A stretch of DNA of 64,000 bases. Origin: Macrostomum lignano. Lineage: Eukaryota. The position numbers were made by a program, and so were the translations under genes. Below are positions 29,665-44,551 of this stretch, in pieces (within the stretch, counting starts at the first letter, position 1; every line of letters begins with the position of its first letter). Location: assembly GCA_002269645.1 (NCBI GenBank), contig NIVC01001776.1, positions 213,990 through 277,989 on the forward strand, given 5' to 3'. Below the pieces are notes generated by a model. That model was given only the letters and a program-made list of their open reading frames with translations, was not told where the DNA came from and searched no databases.

Positions 29665-30225
29665 ATTAAATGGCACATTGTCAGCTATTCAAAATGGGAG
29701 GGGCGCATTGTCAGCTATTCACAATGGGAGTGGCGCCAAATTGGATGGCGCATTGTCAGCTTACTCAGCTATTCACAATGGGAGTGGCGCCAAATTGGAT
29801 GGCGCATTGTCAGCTATTCACAATGGGAGGGGCGCCAAATTGGGTGGCGCATTGTCAGCTATTCACAATGGGAGGGGCGCCAAATTGGGTGGCGCATTGT
29901 CAGCTATTCACAATGGGAGGGGCGCCAAATTGGGTGGCGCATTGTCAGCTATTCACAATGGGAGGGGCGCCAAATTGGATGGCGCATTGTCAGCTTACTC
30001 AGCTATTCACAATGGGAGTGGCGCCAAATCGGATGGCGCATTGTCAGCTATTCACAATGGGAGTGGCGCCAAATTGGATGGCGCATTGTCAGCTATTCAC
30101 AATGGGAGTGGCGCCAAATTGGATGGCGCATTGTCAGCTATTCACAATGGGAGGGGCGCCAAATTGGATGGCACATTGTCAGCCATTCATAATGGGAGTG
30201 GCGCCAAATTGGATGGCGCATTGCA
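29665..30225. repeat. 45-bp minisatellite upstream of FoxA (11 copies of ggcgccaaa)
   Basis: Unit gcgccaaattggatggcgcattgtcagctattcacaatgggagtg. Confidence 0.95.
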
Positions 30226-30319
30226 GTCAGCTGCCGGTAGCCAACAGCCGTTTTAGAACTGAGTATAGTCCATCATCATGACTGGAGTTTGAGAACACTC
30301 AGAGCGGCACGGTTGTGTG

Positions 30320-30370
30320 TCGCAGCCAATAGGCTATGAGTTGGGGGTCGAACTGCAGCCAATCAGGAAG
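30320..30370 (+). promoter_or_regulatory. Two CCAAT boxes, probable FoxA proximal promoter
   Basis: agccaatagg (~30324) and agccaatcagg (~30358), ~700 bp upstream of the ATG. Confidence 0.4.
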
Positions 30371-31051
30371 CTCCGGCACCAAGAATCCTGGCTGCAGAGC
30401 GCTGCTGGCTTGGAGCCCCCTAGCCGGACTCTCCCTCCATTTGCCTTTCATTGAGCTGAGCTCCGAGGCTTTGCGTCTTTTCTTCTCAAAGGTCCGCCAC
30501 CTCCCCAGCCCGGTTCGAGAATTTATGCTCCCCCACAGGCCGCGGCGCTGCCCGAGAGCAGAGCAATCAGAGTTAGCAAATTTGCCCAGGCCAAACCTTG
30601 CGAGCGACCCCCTTACTCCGCGCCTCCTCTATCGCGAATCTCGCGCATAAACGCCAGCCAGCTATAGCCAACCCCTCGGCAACCACCGCCTCCCCCGCCG
30701 CCCCGGAGAGGGCACACAGCGCACACACACGCGAGCGCACACAAATCCTAAGCTCCTTCAGCCTCAACCTCTTCTTCGAAATCAAAGTCTTCGCTGGCTA
30801 TAGTCTGTGTGTACTGTGTAATCCGCGAGCTGCTCTCCTAGAAGTTTGTCATTGATCGAATTCTTGTTTGCTAAAAACCGCGCCGCGCCGCCTGTGTACT
30901 TGGCCGACGGAGGCGCCCTGCCGCCCCCTCCCTCCCATAATCCACTGAAAACAAACTTTGTTCAACCATTATACTGCAGAGATCCTCGTTTCTTAATTCC
31001 TTGAAGTTTTCCCTCTCGCCCACTGCCGATCCCTCTGCCGCGCGCGGCGGG

Positions 31052-32413
31052 ATGCTCAGCGCCGGTGGCGGCGCCGGCGTCGCCTCGTCGCTGTCTACCG
31101 ACGGCGCAGGCATCAACGGCAGCAGTAACGGCGGCTGCGGCGGCGGCGGCGGCGACCTTCACGCCGATAGCGGTGCCGACATCGACCTGCCGACAGCGGC
31201 TTCGACTTCGTCCTCCGCGGCGTCGGAGTCGGCTTCTGCCGCCCTGTACAGCGACCCGCTGGCCGGGGTCACTTCCTCAACGATGTCCACCGCTCCGGGC
31301 TCGGCGGCGGCTGCTGCTGCTGCGGCTGCTGCTGCCGCTGCTGCCGCGGCCGCTGCCGCAGTCTCCTGCTACCCGACCGGGGCCAGCGCTGCCGCCGCTG
31401 CTGCCGCTGCTGCCGCTTATTCAAGCGACTCAACAGCTGGCGGAGGCGGCGCTCTGCAGCATCATCAGGCCGTCCAGCATCCGCATCATCTGCATCAGCA
31501 GCAGCAGCAGCCGCCGCAGCACCATCTGCACCATCTTCAACAGCAACAACAGCAGCATCAACAGCTGCATCATTCCCAGCATCCATCGCAGCAGCAGCAG
31601 CAGCATCATCATCTGCAGCAGATTCAGCAGCAACACCCGGGAGCGGCTGCAGCGGCTGCGGCAGTCATGAGCGGCTGTCTGGACGGCGGCAAAGCAGCGG
31701 CAGCAGCGGCGGCAGCGGCGGCCTACAGACGAAGCTACACTCACGCTAAACCGCCTTACAGCTACATCAGCCTCATCACCATGGCTATTCAACAGTCGCC
31801 CCAGAAGATGTGCACCCTGGCGGAGATCTACCAGTTCATCATGGATCTGTTCCCTTACTACAGGCAGAACCAGCAGCGCTGGCAGAACTCCATCAGGCAC
31901 TCGCTGTCATTCAACGACTGCTTTCTGAAGGTGCCGCGCAGCCCTGACAAGCCGGGCAAAGGCTCCTACTGGACGCTGCACCCGGACAGCGGCAACATGT
32001 TCGAGAACGGCTGCTACCTGCGAAGGCAGAAGCGCTTCAAAGATCCGCAGCGGGAGGCCACCAGGCAGGCCAACCGGGCTGCGACTGGCGGCGACGACGA
32101 CGAGGACGGCGAGGCCGACAGCAGTAAGATGAAGGAGGAACCGGATGCTGGAATCTCCGAGCGGTGCAGCAGTCGCGCCTCTTCAAGTCTCAGCCTTCAG
32201 CAGCAGCAGCAGCAGCAGCAGTTGCTCCAACAGCACATGCAGATGCAGATGCAGCAGCCACTGCAGCCTCAGCAGTCTCAGCAGCCGCTGGCGATGCACC
32301 AAGGCGGAACTGAGCTGCATCACTACCTTCAGCAGCAGCAAAGCCATCCAATGGATGGTATGGATCTTCAGCAGCAACAGCAGCAGCAGCAGATGCAGTA
32401 CTCTCAGCAGTAT

Positions 32414-32445
<32 letters not shown>

Positions 32446-32704
32446 CCCGCTGTCAATGTCCGGCTACTTCCTGTCTCCCGAAATGATGCCTCACATGGAC
32501 CCGACTCTGGTAGGCAATTTTCACCATCACCAGCATCACTCGCACCCGTTCTCCATCAGCTCGCTGATGCACGCGGGCGAGCTGAAGTACTATAACGACA
32601 TGAGCGCCGCTGGCTACGCCGCAGCCGGTTACGGGCAGCTGAAGGCTGATGAAGCTGCCCAGCATCAGTACTATTACAAGTATCATAGCGGCGGAGCGCT
32701 ATGA
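31052..32704 (+). CDS. FOXA: Forkhead box A (FoxA/HNF3) transcription factor, single exon, ~550 aa from ATG 31052
   Basis: Forkhead domain [16 protein letters not shown]...[54 protein letters not shown] is FoxA-diagnostic; C-terminal HPFSISSLM (region II/eh1). Confidence 0.98.
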
Positions 32705-33059
32705 GCTGCACCAAAAGCCATGGACAGTTTCCACCTTCAAGAATCCAGCTGTCCATTGCTATACAAACAGCTTTTGTTGTTGTTAGTGTGGGGTACGTCA
32801 TGCCTATTTGTCCCATATTTACAGTTAACAGTTATCTGCATTCTTATCCTGTTTTGCTGTTAAATTTTTTTTCTTTCCTGACGCTCTTTTGACCTTTCTT
32901 TTGTCCGTTGTTTGTATTTTGTACCTTTGAATTCTCTGAGTCTGTCCATGAGTTTGAATTCGAGTATTGCAGATTTCTTTAGTAGCTTTTGTACAGTACA
33001 TAAATACCTGTTATCGGGCTGCTCTTTCACTGTAAAACCACCTGACTCCATGTGTCTGA

Positions 33060-33770
33060 CTCTCTGCCCCTCTATCTCACACTCCCTACCCTATCCCACT
33101 GTCTCCCTCATCTATCTCTCTCTCTCCCTCATCCATCTCACTGTCTCCCTCATCTATCCCACTGTTTCCCTCATCTATCTCTCTCTCTCCCTCATCTATC
33201 ACACTCTCTCATCTATCTCACTGTCTCCCTCATCTATCCCACTGTTTCCCTCAGCCATCTCACACTCAAGCTCATCTATCTCACTCTCTCCCTCATCTAT
33301 CTCACTGTCTCCCTCATCTATCTCACTCTCTCCCTCATCTATCTCACTGTCCCCCTCATCTATCTCACTCTCTCCCTCATCTATCTCACTGTCTGCCTCA
33401 TCTATCTCACTGTCTGCCTCATCTATCTCACTGTCTGCCTCATCTATCTCACTGTCTCCCTCATCTATCTCACTGTCTCCCTTATCTTTCTCACTGTCTG
33501 CCTCATCTATCTCACTGTTTCCCTCATCTATCGCACTGTCTGCCTCATCTATCTCACTGTCTCCCTCATCTATCTCCCTCTCTCCCTCATCTATTTCACT
33601 ATCTCCCTCATCTATCTCACTGTCTCCCTCATCTATCTCACTGTCTCCCTCATCTATCTCACTGTTTCCCTCATCTATCTCACTCTCTCTCTCATCTATC
33701 TCACTGTTTCCCTCATCTATCTCACTCTCTCCCTCATCTATCTCACTCTCTCCCTCATCTTTCTCACACT
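33060..33770. repeat. 21-bp CT-rich minisatellite (ctcactgtctccctcatctat)
   Basis: Tandem array. Confidence 0.94.
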
Positions 33771-34619
33771 CTACCAACCCTAGAAACGGCTCTACAGACT
33801 GATCTACATCAATTACAAATACGTCATGAACTCCAAAATGACAAGCCCAGGGATTGCAGGTGACTGCTTGCCCTCAGATTTTGTAACCAAAAACACAGAT
33901 TCTGTCGCCCCTGTAAACTGTACTGTATGTCTAAATCAAATTGAATTTAATATTACTTATCTTCTTTTAAGAAACTATTTCCTATAAATATTTATTTATC
34001 TGCTCTTCTGCAAACCCGCGTGTTTAAATTTCAAATCTCTCTATATTTACAATTTATTAACCATCTGACCTATCATTTATATATAAATATTTATAAGCGT
34101 ATAAAAGAATCAACTCAAACTAAAACCAACTTTGCATAACTATTCATTTATCATTTTGAACTAGTTCCCTAAAGTGCCTGCAATGCAGTGAATTGGAATA
34201 AAAATTTTACATTATTATATAATGTGCACTGTGAACTGCGGCAGTTTCTGCGACTTGTGAACAATGATCAATTATTTATAAATTGTGGTCGATCAGCTTT
34301 CCTGCTTTAGTTATTTGCCTTTGATAATTCATCATTACCTGGCTTAGCCAGGTGACTCCAGTCTCCGCTCTTGAGTCTGAGCAGGTTCAAAAAATTGAGC
34401 CAAAACGAAAAAAACCCTGGCCATCCAGGGCCACTTGAACCCCGAGGCCGGTTCCTCAGCACCCTCCCCTCCAGCAGACTCCAGCCTAAGCTGATAGCCA
34501 CATGCCTTAGCTTGAAATAGAAATAATTATTAATCCTGTTTATGCTTCAACTTTGTGTACTGAGTAGGACTGCGCAACACCTGTTATAGATATGTAGTAA
34601 GCTGGTTTCTGCAAGGAGT

Positions 34620-35258
34620 GACAGACAAGACAAATATGTAGGAGACAAGACAAGACAGGACAGACAAGACAAGACAGTCGACAAGACTGTCGACAAGACA
34701 GGATAGACAAGACAGGACAGACAAGACAGGACAGACAAGACAGGACAGACAAGACAGGATAGACAAAGACAGGACAGACAAGACAGGACAGACAAGACAG
34801 GACAGACAAGACAGGACAGACAAGACAGGACAGACAAGACAGGACAGACAAGACAGGACAGACAAGACAGGACAGACAAGACAGGATCGACAAAGACAGG
34901 ACAGACAAGACAGGACAGACAAGACAGGACAGACAAGACAGGACAGACAAGACAGGATAGACAAAGACAGGACAGACAAGACAGGACAGACAAGACAGGA
35001 CAGACAAGACAGGACAGACAAGACAGGACAGACAAGACAGGACAGACAAGACAGGACAGACAAGACAGGACAGACAAGACAGGACAGACAAGACAGGATA
35101 GACAAAGACAGGACAGACAAGACAGGACAGACAAGACAGGACAGACAAGACAAAACAGACAAGACAGGACAGACAAGACAGGACAGACAAGACAGGATAG
35201 ACAAGACAGGACAGACAAAGGCAGGACAGGACAGACAAAGACAAAGACAAAGACAAAC
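34620..35258. repeat. 14-bp minisatellite (gacaggacagacaa)
   Basis: Tandem array. Confidence 0.95.
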
Positions 35259-35944
35259 ACAGGACCCTGGACAAGTTCATATCGATAGCTCCGCTGTGAT
35301 AATATCATAATCAATGTGTGCAGACGGTTTTGGGAAAAGCCAAGAAGGTCTGAAAGCACAAACTGGGAGCAGAAACTATTTGCCCAGACTCCTTCATAGT
35401 TATACAACTGTAGGCTGACTAGCAGTGCAAAATGAATAGAAAACTTGCAATCGGCCTACACTTGTCTGAAAACAGAGTTCTCCTACAGGGGGCGGGCAAA
35501 GTGATTCTGGCTAGGAGCTAGGAGGCCAGGTGTGTGCAGCTAGTTAGCTAAGGTGGAGTCGATTATAAGGGCCCACTTCACGCTTAACCGGCGAGTATAA
35601 CAGTAACAGCCTCGGTGTATGGGCAAGATGCATAATAATATTAGAGGCCCTACATATTATTGCACACCATATTATATATACATGAGAGTGGAAAGGTGAG
35701 AGATTATAGAGAGCAGTGGTGTGCGGAACGGAATCGCATGCACAGGCGGGCAGGAAGGCACTGTTCTGTGATCGTATTAAAATCGTATAATGATTGCAGC
35801 CCGGGAGCTGTGTGGATTACAATGGATTTTAGTAGCCGCTGTATTGTCTGGCACTGCCTGTTTCACAGGAGACAAAGCGTCATTGCCAGCCCCATTATGC
35901 ACCGCGCATTTGATGGCTCTCTGACGTGTCGTTCCATCGCCACG

Positions 35945-36790
35945 TAACTGTCTACCGGTCTCTATCTACTGTCTCTATCTACTGTCTCTATCTACTGTCT
36001 ACCTGTCTCTATCTACTGTCTACCTGTCTCTATCTACTGTCTCTATCTACTGTCTCTATCTACTGTCTCTATCTACTGTCTCAATCTACTGTCTACCTGT
36101 CTCTATCTACTGTCTCTATCTACTGTCTCTATCTACTGTCTCTATCTACTGTCTCAATCTACTGTCTACCTGTCTCTATCTACTGTCTCTATCTACTGTC
36201 TCTATCTACTGTCTACCTGTCTCTATCTACTGTCTACCTATCTCTATCTACTGTCTACCTGTCTCTATCTACTGTCTACCTGTCTCTATCTACTGTCTAC
36301 CTGTCTCTATCTACTGTCTACCTGTCTCTATCTACTGTCTCTATCTACTGTCTCTATCTACTGTCTCTATCTACTGTCTATCTGTCTCTATCTACTGTCT
36401 ACCTGTTTCTATCTACTGTCTCTATCTACTGTCTCTATCTACTGTCTCTATCTACTGTCTACCTGTCTCTATCTACTGTCTACCTGTTTCTATCTACTGT
36501 CTCTATCTACTGTCTACCTGTCTCTATCTACTGTCTCTATCTACTGTCTCTATCTACTGTCTACCTGTCTCTATCTACTGTCTCTATCTACTGTCTACCT
36601 GTCTCTATCTACTGTCTCTATCTACTGTCTACCTGTCTCCATCTACTGTCTACCTGTTTCTATCTACTGTCTACCTGTCTCCATCTACTGTCTACCTGTC
36701 TCCATCTACTGTCTACCTGTCTCCATCTACTGTCTACCTGTCTCCATCTACTGTCTACCTGTCTCCATCTACTGTCTACCTGTCTCCATC
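35945..36790. repeat. ~13-bp minisatellite (ctatctactgtct and variants)
   Basis: Tandem array. Confidence 0.95.
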
Positions 36791-37259
36791 TAAGTTTCAA
36801 CCGGTCTCTCTACTTCTCTACCTCTCTCATAGCCAAATTTGTAGGCAGTTTTTGAGCAATTCTTTCAACTTGCACAAAATCAGCAGTGCCGACCTGTCAA
36901 TCAAACCACTGGCCACCCAGATCACTGGGAATCTCTCAATATTGACATCTATTGCATAGGCGATTGGTCGACGTTGAAATTCACACAAATAAAAACTGCA
37001 TAGCATTGACTGGTTGGCAAGCAAACAGATTTAATTAAATGAGTTATATAACTCTGATAGCACTAATGTGAGCTCGCCTTCGGTCAACAATCAAGGCAAT
37101 TTGGTTCGGCTTGGAGAGGAAAAAAGCCAGATTAAACAGAAAATTACGGGGGATCTGGCTATCGAGCGGACAGTAATCACTGGGATTTGGGACATTTAGA
37201 ATTATCTGCTGTCCACTGTGGTTGGTCGGCCTTCGCTCGAAATCATTCTCCTACTCTTT

Positions 37260-37650
37260 ATGACCTACTGTCTATGACCTAATGTCTATGACCTACTCTC
37301 TATAACCTACTCTCTATGACCTACTCTCTATGACCTACTCTCTATGACCTAATGTCTATGACCTACTCTCTATGACCTAATGTCTATGACCTACTCTCTA
37401 TGACCTACTCTCTATGACCTACTCTCTATGACCTAATGTCTATGACCTACTCTCTATGACCTACTCTCTATGACCTACTCTCTATGACCTACTCTCTATG
37501 ACCTACTCTCTATGACCTACTCTCTATGACCTACTCTCTATGACCTACTCTCTATGACCTACTCTCTATGACCTTTTACTCATGACCTACTTCCTATGAC
37601 CTACTCTCTATGACCTACTTTCTGTGACCTAATATCTATGACCTACTCTA
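37260..37650. repeat. 14-bp minisatellite (ctatgacctactct)
   Basis: Tandem array. Confidence 0.94.
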
Positions 37651-38249
37651 GGACTCACTCTCAATAACCCGAACTTTTGTTTAAAAAAATGATAACAGTT
37701 AATGACAACAATATGGACAAAAAATAGTCATACTCGTAGAGTGGACTATCAGATTATAAGCGTCATGCACCAGTCATGATACCTGTCGGGAAACCAAGAA
37801 AATGGCAATTAAAGCTACACTGGAGCAAGCCGGCCCACTTCCAGCGCTAACTTTTTTGCCCCGATCATCCGGGACTAAAAGATTCCAACAAAAATCCCTA
37901 AGCCGCTGCATGGGAGGTCCCGGATCGGGTCTGAACAGCAGGTCCCAGTGCAAACACAGACCCGACCCCCCCCCGCCCCGGCTCCCACCGACTGCTCAGC
38001 CAGCCTGCCCCGGAATAAACGATGGATGGGGAGCTCGAATCTCAGCGATACGAGCAGCTCAAGTCGGCTTGTGCTCACGTATTCCCAAGCTGGCCTTTAT
38101 GTTTGCTCAACTGTTCGGGTTGCGCGCTGGGGCCGCGGGATAGGGGGGGGGGACGCCCGCCTGCAGACAAGCTCAACTCGGTTTGGGCTGTCCTGCTTTT
38201 GTAAGCAGAGCCGCCGACAGACTGCGAGAGAAGCCGGTGGCTGTGCAAG

Positions 38250-38770
<521 letters not shown>

Positions 38771-39424
38771 TATGAGCTGAGTTATGAGCTGAGGTCAGGT
38801 TAATCTCCAGGCCACAAACAGCTCAGCAAATAACAGCTACAGAGCTCCAACGCGCGAAGAAAGAGGAGTTAGCAGAAGTCGAACCCCGGCTGCAGCTGTG
38901 AAGTGGGTGAGGCCGTCTTGGCGCAAACAGTCTCGGCGTGAGGCGGTGGAAGCAATATCAGACAAGAGCCCTGCGCTGCCCCCCCCCCCTGCATGTTTCA
39001 TTTCGAGTGGGGCAGGATTTCAAGTGTGTAATAATTCCAACAGTCTTCTTCAGTCCTCCAAGACCCCCCTACACTTGCGCATTGCCAATCTGGGGAAGGT
39101 CCGGGGCGTCCCCAGCCTGCAGCAGAGCTCCTACTTACAGTGTATGCGGCCTGCAATTCATAGACTGAAAAGTGAGACAATTGGTGGAGAAATGGAGTGT
39201 AGCGTAATACTTGTTAATAAATTCTTAATACGCTCGTAATTGCTTTTATATCATTCCATTTACAGCTCAACTCAGTGCCAGGTACTTGTCTGCCACCATG
39301 ACTTCAACTGCCTCTCCTCTCTCCCTCTACCTTATTATTAAAATCTATCTATTATCTCCATCTTTATCATTAGGTCTTATCTCCTCCTTTATCCTTCCCC
39401 TGTATACCTACATGTAATACATAT

Positions 39425-40275
39425 ATCTCACTCTACCCAATCCCTCACTCTACCCAATCTCCCACTCTACCCAATACCTCACTCTACCCAATCCTTCACT
39501 CTACCCAATCTCCCACTCTACCCAATCCCTCACTCTACCCAATCTCCCACTCTACCCAATCCCCCACTCTACCCAATCCATCACTCTACCCAATCTCCCA
39601 CTCTACCCAATCCCCCACTCTACCCAATCCATCACTCTACCCAATCTCCCACTCTACCCAATCCTTCACTCTACCCAATCTCCCACTCTACCCAATCCAT
39701 CACTCTACCCAATCTCCCACTCTACCCAATCCCTCACTCTACCCAATCCCTCACTCTACCTAATCCCTCACTCTACCCAATCCCTCGCTCTACCTAATCC
39801 CTCACTCTACCCAATCCCTCACTCTACCCAATCCCTCACTCTACCCAATCCCTCACTCTACCCAATCCCTCACTCTACCCAATCCCTCACTCTACCCAAT
39901 CCCTCGCTCTACCCAATCCCTCACTCTACCCAATCCCTCACTCTACCCAATCCCTCACTCTACCCAATCCCTCACTCTACCCAATCCCTCACTCTACCCA
40001 ATCCCTCACTCTACCCAATCCCTCACTCTACCCAATCCCTCACTCTACCCAATCCCTCACTCTACCCAATCCCTCACTCTACCCAATCCCTCACTCTACC
40101 CAATCCCTCACTCTACCCAATCCCTCGCTCTACCTAATCCCTCACTCTACCCAATCCCTCACTCTACTCAATACCTCACTCTACTCAATACCTCACTCAA
40201 CCCAACCCCGTACTCTAGCCACTCTCTCTCTGTCTCACTCTACTTAATCTCTCACTCTACCCAATATCTCACTCT
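39425..40275. repeat. 17-bp minisatellite (ctctacccaatccctca)
   Basis: Tandem array. Confidence 0.96.
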
Positions 40276-41789
40276 ACTCCATTTTTCATTCAACACAATC
40301 TCCCTCTATATTCCATTTTCTCTCCCCCAATTTTCCGTTGCATGCACATCTTCATCTCTTACTCCGCTGGTCTTCATTTCCCCATAAAAGGTTTCGAAAA
40401 TTTTGTTCAGATTTCAAAATTTCAATCAGGACTCGAGCTGCACGGCTTATATACTTATCGACGTACAGAAAACCGATCTCCGGACAGAAAAACGGATTTC
40501 TCCCATATTCTCATTTTCCTCATCATCCCCTCCCTTCGTCAGTCCTCTTGGCTTCACCCATCCATCCACTTCCTGTAGGATGGAAGATGTCAGGCCGCGA
40601 GGAAGAGCCGAGGCCTTGTGTTTGCCTTGTGTGCTGCTGCTGCTGCTGGTGCCTCCAACATCCCCGTCCGGGGGCCCTGCAGAACTTGAGCAAACAACTG
40701 ATAAGGCAGCATGCAGCAGCGGCACAGGCTGGCCATGATGCAGCTGGGAAGCTGCCGCCACGGACTCCAATCCCGAGCAAAAAAGGGATCCGGTTTCCGC
40801 CGGGAGTTCTCTCAGCTATACTCCAGCTCAGCTCTGCGTCGAGTCCTGCTCATTCTATTCCGTTCAGCCTTATTCAGAGCCGAACAACAGCTATAGAGAC
40901 TTTCTCTGGATTCATTCGTTCCCATTTCGTTTCGTTGTCATGGCAACGACAGAATTTGTGTTTACCAGAGCCTTGGTTGGCTGGTGAGCGCTGTTAGAGT
41001 TTACCCTAGGTTGAATCACATGTCGCTCCGCTAGCAAGGCCTGAAGAGCCTAGTAGGCCTTCAGCAAACAAGTGAGCAAGCAGGGCATGGAGGCAGCGGA
41101 GGAGACTCAGGCGGCCGGCTCCAATACCCATTACCGGCCGAATAATTCTAGGAAACCGCGAGAGCGGACCCCAATTCCTAGGCCTGCACTCACGGTCGCC
41201 GTCGAACGTGGGAGAGAGAGGAAGAGAGCAAACAAAGGAACGCCCCGCACCCATAGCTCAGCCAACACAAGCAGATCGGAGCGGAGACCGATTGTCGCGG
41301 TAAAGTGAAAGTTGGCGGCAGCGGGGGGGGGGGGGCGACCGACCCCCCTTGTTTGTGTTGTTAGGGGTGGGGGCTGACGTCGGTGGTACCCCCTGGGGCG
41401 GCGGCGGCGGCAGAAGAGCAAACAAGCTGAGCAAGCAAGTCGCTCTGCTCACCCACCCTGAGCAGGAGACAGATGAGGTTCTGCTTGCTTGGTAAAAATT
41501 CGCTCAAACTATAATATTCTTAGCCATACATGGCTTGGGAAGGCTAATGCTTTTATAGTTGTTAGCTGCATGGTCTGCATAAAATTGAATTGTTCCAGTT
41601 CTGCTCAAAACGGATGGGCGGATATTAAATTTCGGATTTTGAAAGATTTTTCTGCGGCTTTCTTATCATCTCACTTATTCGAAGGATGAGAGAAGCGGGA
41701 GGTGCATAAATTTGATGGTGACGATTGGTGATAGAATAAATTCTAAAAAGTGGCTTGGAGAGTAGAGGGGGACTGGAAGAGAGACTGGG

Positions 41790-42720
41790 TTAGAGAAGGT
41801 AGACACTGAGATGTAGATAGAAGAGTGGATGAGAAGATAGACACGAGAGGTAGATAGGGGAGTGGATGAGAAGGTAGACACTTAGAGGGTAGATAGGGGA
41901 GTTGATGAGAAGGTAGACACTTAGAGGGTAGATAGGGGAGTTGATGAGAAGGTAGACACTTAGAGGGTAGATAGGGGAGTGGATGAGAAGGTAGACACTG
42001 AGAGGTAGATAGGGGAGTGGATGAGAAGATAGACACTGAGAGGTAGATAGGGGAGTGGATGAGAAGGCAGACAATCAGAAGTAGATAGGGGAGTGGGTGA
42101 GAAGATAGACACTGAGAGGTAGATAGGGGAGTGGATGAGAAGATAGACACTGAGAGGTAGATAGGGGAGTGGATGAGAAAGCAGACAATGAGAGGTAGAT
42201 AGGGGAGTGGATTAGAAAGCAGACAATGAGAGGTAGATAGGGGAGTGGATGAGAAAGCAGACAATGAGAGGTAGATAGGGGAGTGGGTGAGAAGATAGAC
42301 ACTAAAAGGTAGATAAGGGAGTGGACGAGAGGGTAGATAGCGTCGTGGATGAGACGGTAGACACTGAGAGGTAGATAGAAAGTGGATGAGACGGTAGACA
42401 CTGAGAGGGTAGATAGGGGAGTGGATGAGAAAGCAGACAATGAGAGGTAGATAGGGGAGTGGATGAGAAGGTAGACACTCAGAGGGTAGATAGGGGAGTG
42501 GGTGAGAAGGTAGACACTCAGAGGGTAGATAGGGGAGTGGGTGAGAAGGTAGACACTCAGAGGGTAGATAGGGGAGTGGGTGAGAAGGTAGACACTCAGA
42601 GGGTAGATAGGGGAGTGGGTGAGAAGGTAGACACTCAGAGGGTAGATAGGGGAGTGGGTGAGAAGGTAGACACTCAGAGGGTAGATAGGGGAGTGGGTGA
42701 GAAGGTAGACACTGAGAGGG
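41790..42720. repeat. ~39-bp purine-rich minisatellite (gagggtagataggggagtgggtgagaaggtagacactca)
   Basis: Tandem array. Confidence 0.95.
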
Positions 42721-43579
42721 TAGATAAGTTCGTGGATGACACAGGTCTCATTCGGTAAACAACAATCACCAGAAGCAGAAAAGCTTCAAAAAAGCAAAAA
42801 GCAGAAGACACTAAAACAAGCAGACGAGTAAGAGATTTCGTTAAGCAGTCCCGCACTGAGAATGGATTAACTTGCACCACAATTGGAAATTGTTGCAATT
42901 TTGAAAATTATATTGTTAATGTATTAATAAGACAAAAGTAAGGTGAATGGATAAATATGATTCAGGGAATTACAAAATACAATTATTCACATTCATTAAT
43001 CATTAATGCTTGCCTTGGGAGTGAAATTGCTTCAAAAATTACTGATTCATTTTGCTCAATCAAGCACAGTTAACGGCTAGGCTATGTATTGTGCTGATGA
43101 TTAAAACAATGAAGGACAACAAAACGCACAGTTTAAAATACTATACAATAAATACAATATGATACATAATTACACCATGTGCCGGGGGGCATTTACTAAC
43201 AGGAGCTTCATATTAAAATAAATAAAATTACAGCAAAAAACAAACAAATTAGCATTAGCAGTTGAGTGCCCAAGACAAACATGATAGTGCAAGCCGGTGC
43301 GTGACAGACACTTCAGAGACAGATGTTGACAGATTAGAGGAAGGAAAGTTCAAAACAATTGAAAATTTATAAGTAAAGCTGCTAAACTAACTCGATAGAA
43401 AATGAAATTAATTATACAAGGTGACTTCATAGGTAAAAAACGGTTAGCTGGAGTTCCACTTCTGCATGCAAACTGCAAGTCTCCTGGCTGCTTCAACTAC
43501 TCACAAACAGTAGAATGGTGAGTGAATTTCGCTAAATTGCGCTTTTTATTACTAATAAACTCCTTTCAGAGTTCAGAAA

Positions 43580-44245
43580 TGATTATCACTGACTGTTCAC
43601 GCTGTCACTAATGGTAATCACTGACTGTTCACGCTGTCACTAATGGTAATCACTGACTGTTCACGCTGTCACTAATGATAATCACTCACTGTTCACGCTG
43701 TCACTAATGATAATCACTCACTGTTCACGCTGTCACTAATGATAATCACTGACTGTTCACGCTGTCACTAATGGTAATCACTGACTGTTCACGCTGTCAC
43801 TAATGATAATCACTCACTGTTCACGCTGTCACTAATGATAATCACTGACTGTTCACGCTGTCACTAATGATATCACTGACTGTTCACGCTGTCACTAATG
43901 ATAATCACTCACTGTTCACGCTGTTACTAATGATAATCACTCACTGTTCACGCTGTCACTAATGATAATCACTGACTGTTCACGCTGTCACTAATGATAA
44001 TCACTCACTGTTCACGCTGTCATTAATGATAATCACTGACTGTTCACGCTGTCACTAATGATAATCACTCACTGTTCACGCTGTCAATAATGATAATCAC
44101 TCACTGTTCACGCTGTCAATAATGATAATCACTCACTGTTCACGCTGTCACTAATGATAATCACTGACTGTTCACGCTGTCACTAATGATAATCACTCAC
44201 TGTTCACGCAGTCACTAATGATAATCACTCACTGTTCACGCTGTC
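43580..44245. repeat. 32-bp minisatellite (tcactgactgttcacgctgtcactaatgataa) downstream of Pumilio stop
   Basis: Tandem array. Confidence 0.96.
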
Positions 44246-44551
44246 ACTAATGATTATGATACCATTCACAATTTAACTATAAGATTGACATGTTCAACTC
44301 TATCAAGTAATTAAGATTAAGAGCATACTACTAAATAAACTAATTACCAGTAGTATAACTAGTAGCAAACCAGTCAGTTATCGACAGGGAATTTAATGAC
44401 ATGACAACAACCCAGCACAACCGCAACAACCTATTGATTTACAGGGAAGACAAGATGGCGGGATCACCGATTCCATTAGATGATAAATATATAAATATAG
44501 AGCACACTAATTAGATTGGGAACTAACCAAAAGGAAACAATGAATAAGTAA

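Noticed and set aside
40338-40997. 219-aa ORF between arrays
   Set aside because: No recognisable motif, non-ATG start, and overlapping ORFs of similar length in other frames.
42700-44551. Pumilio autoregulatory UGUANAUA elements in its own 3'UTR
   Set aside because: Only near-matches found by eye on the minus strand.
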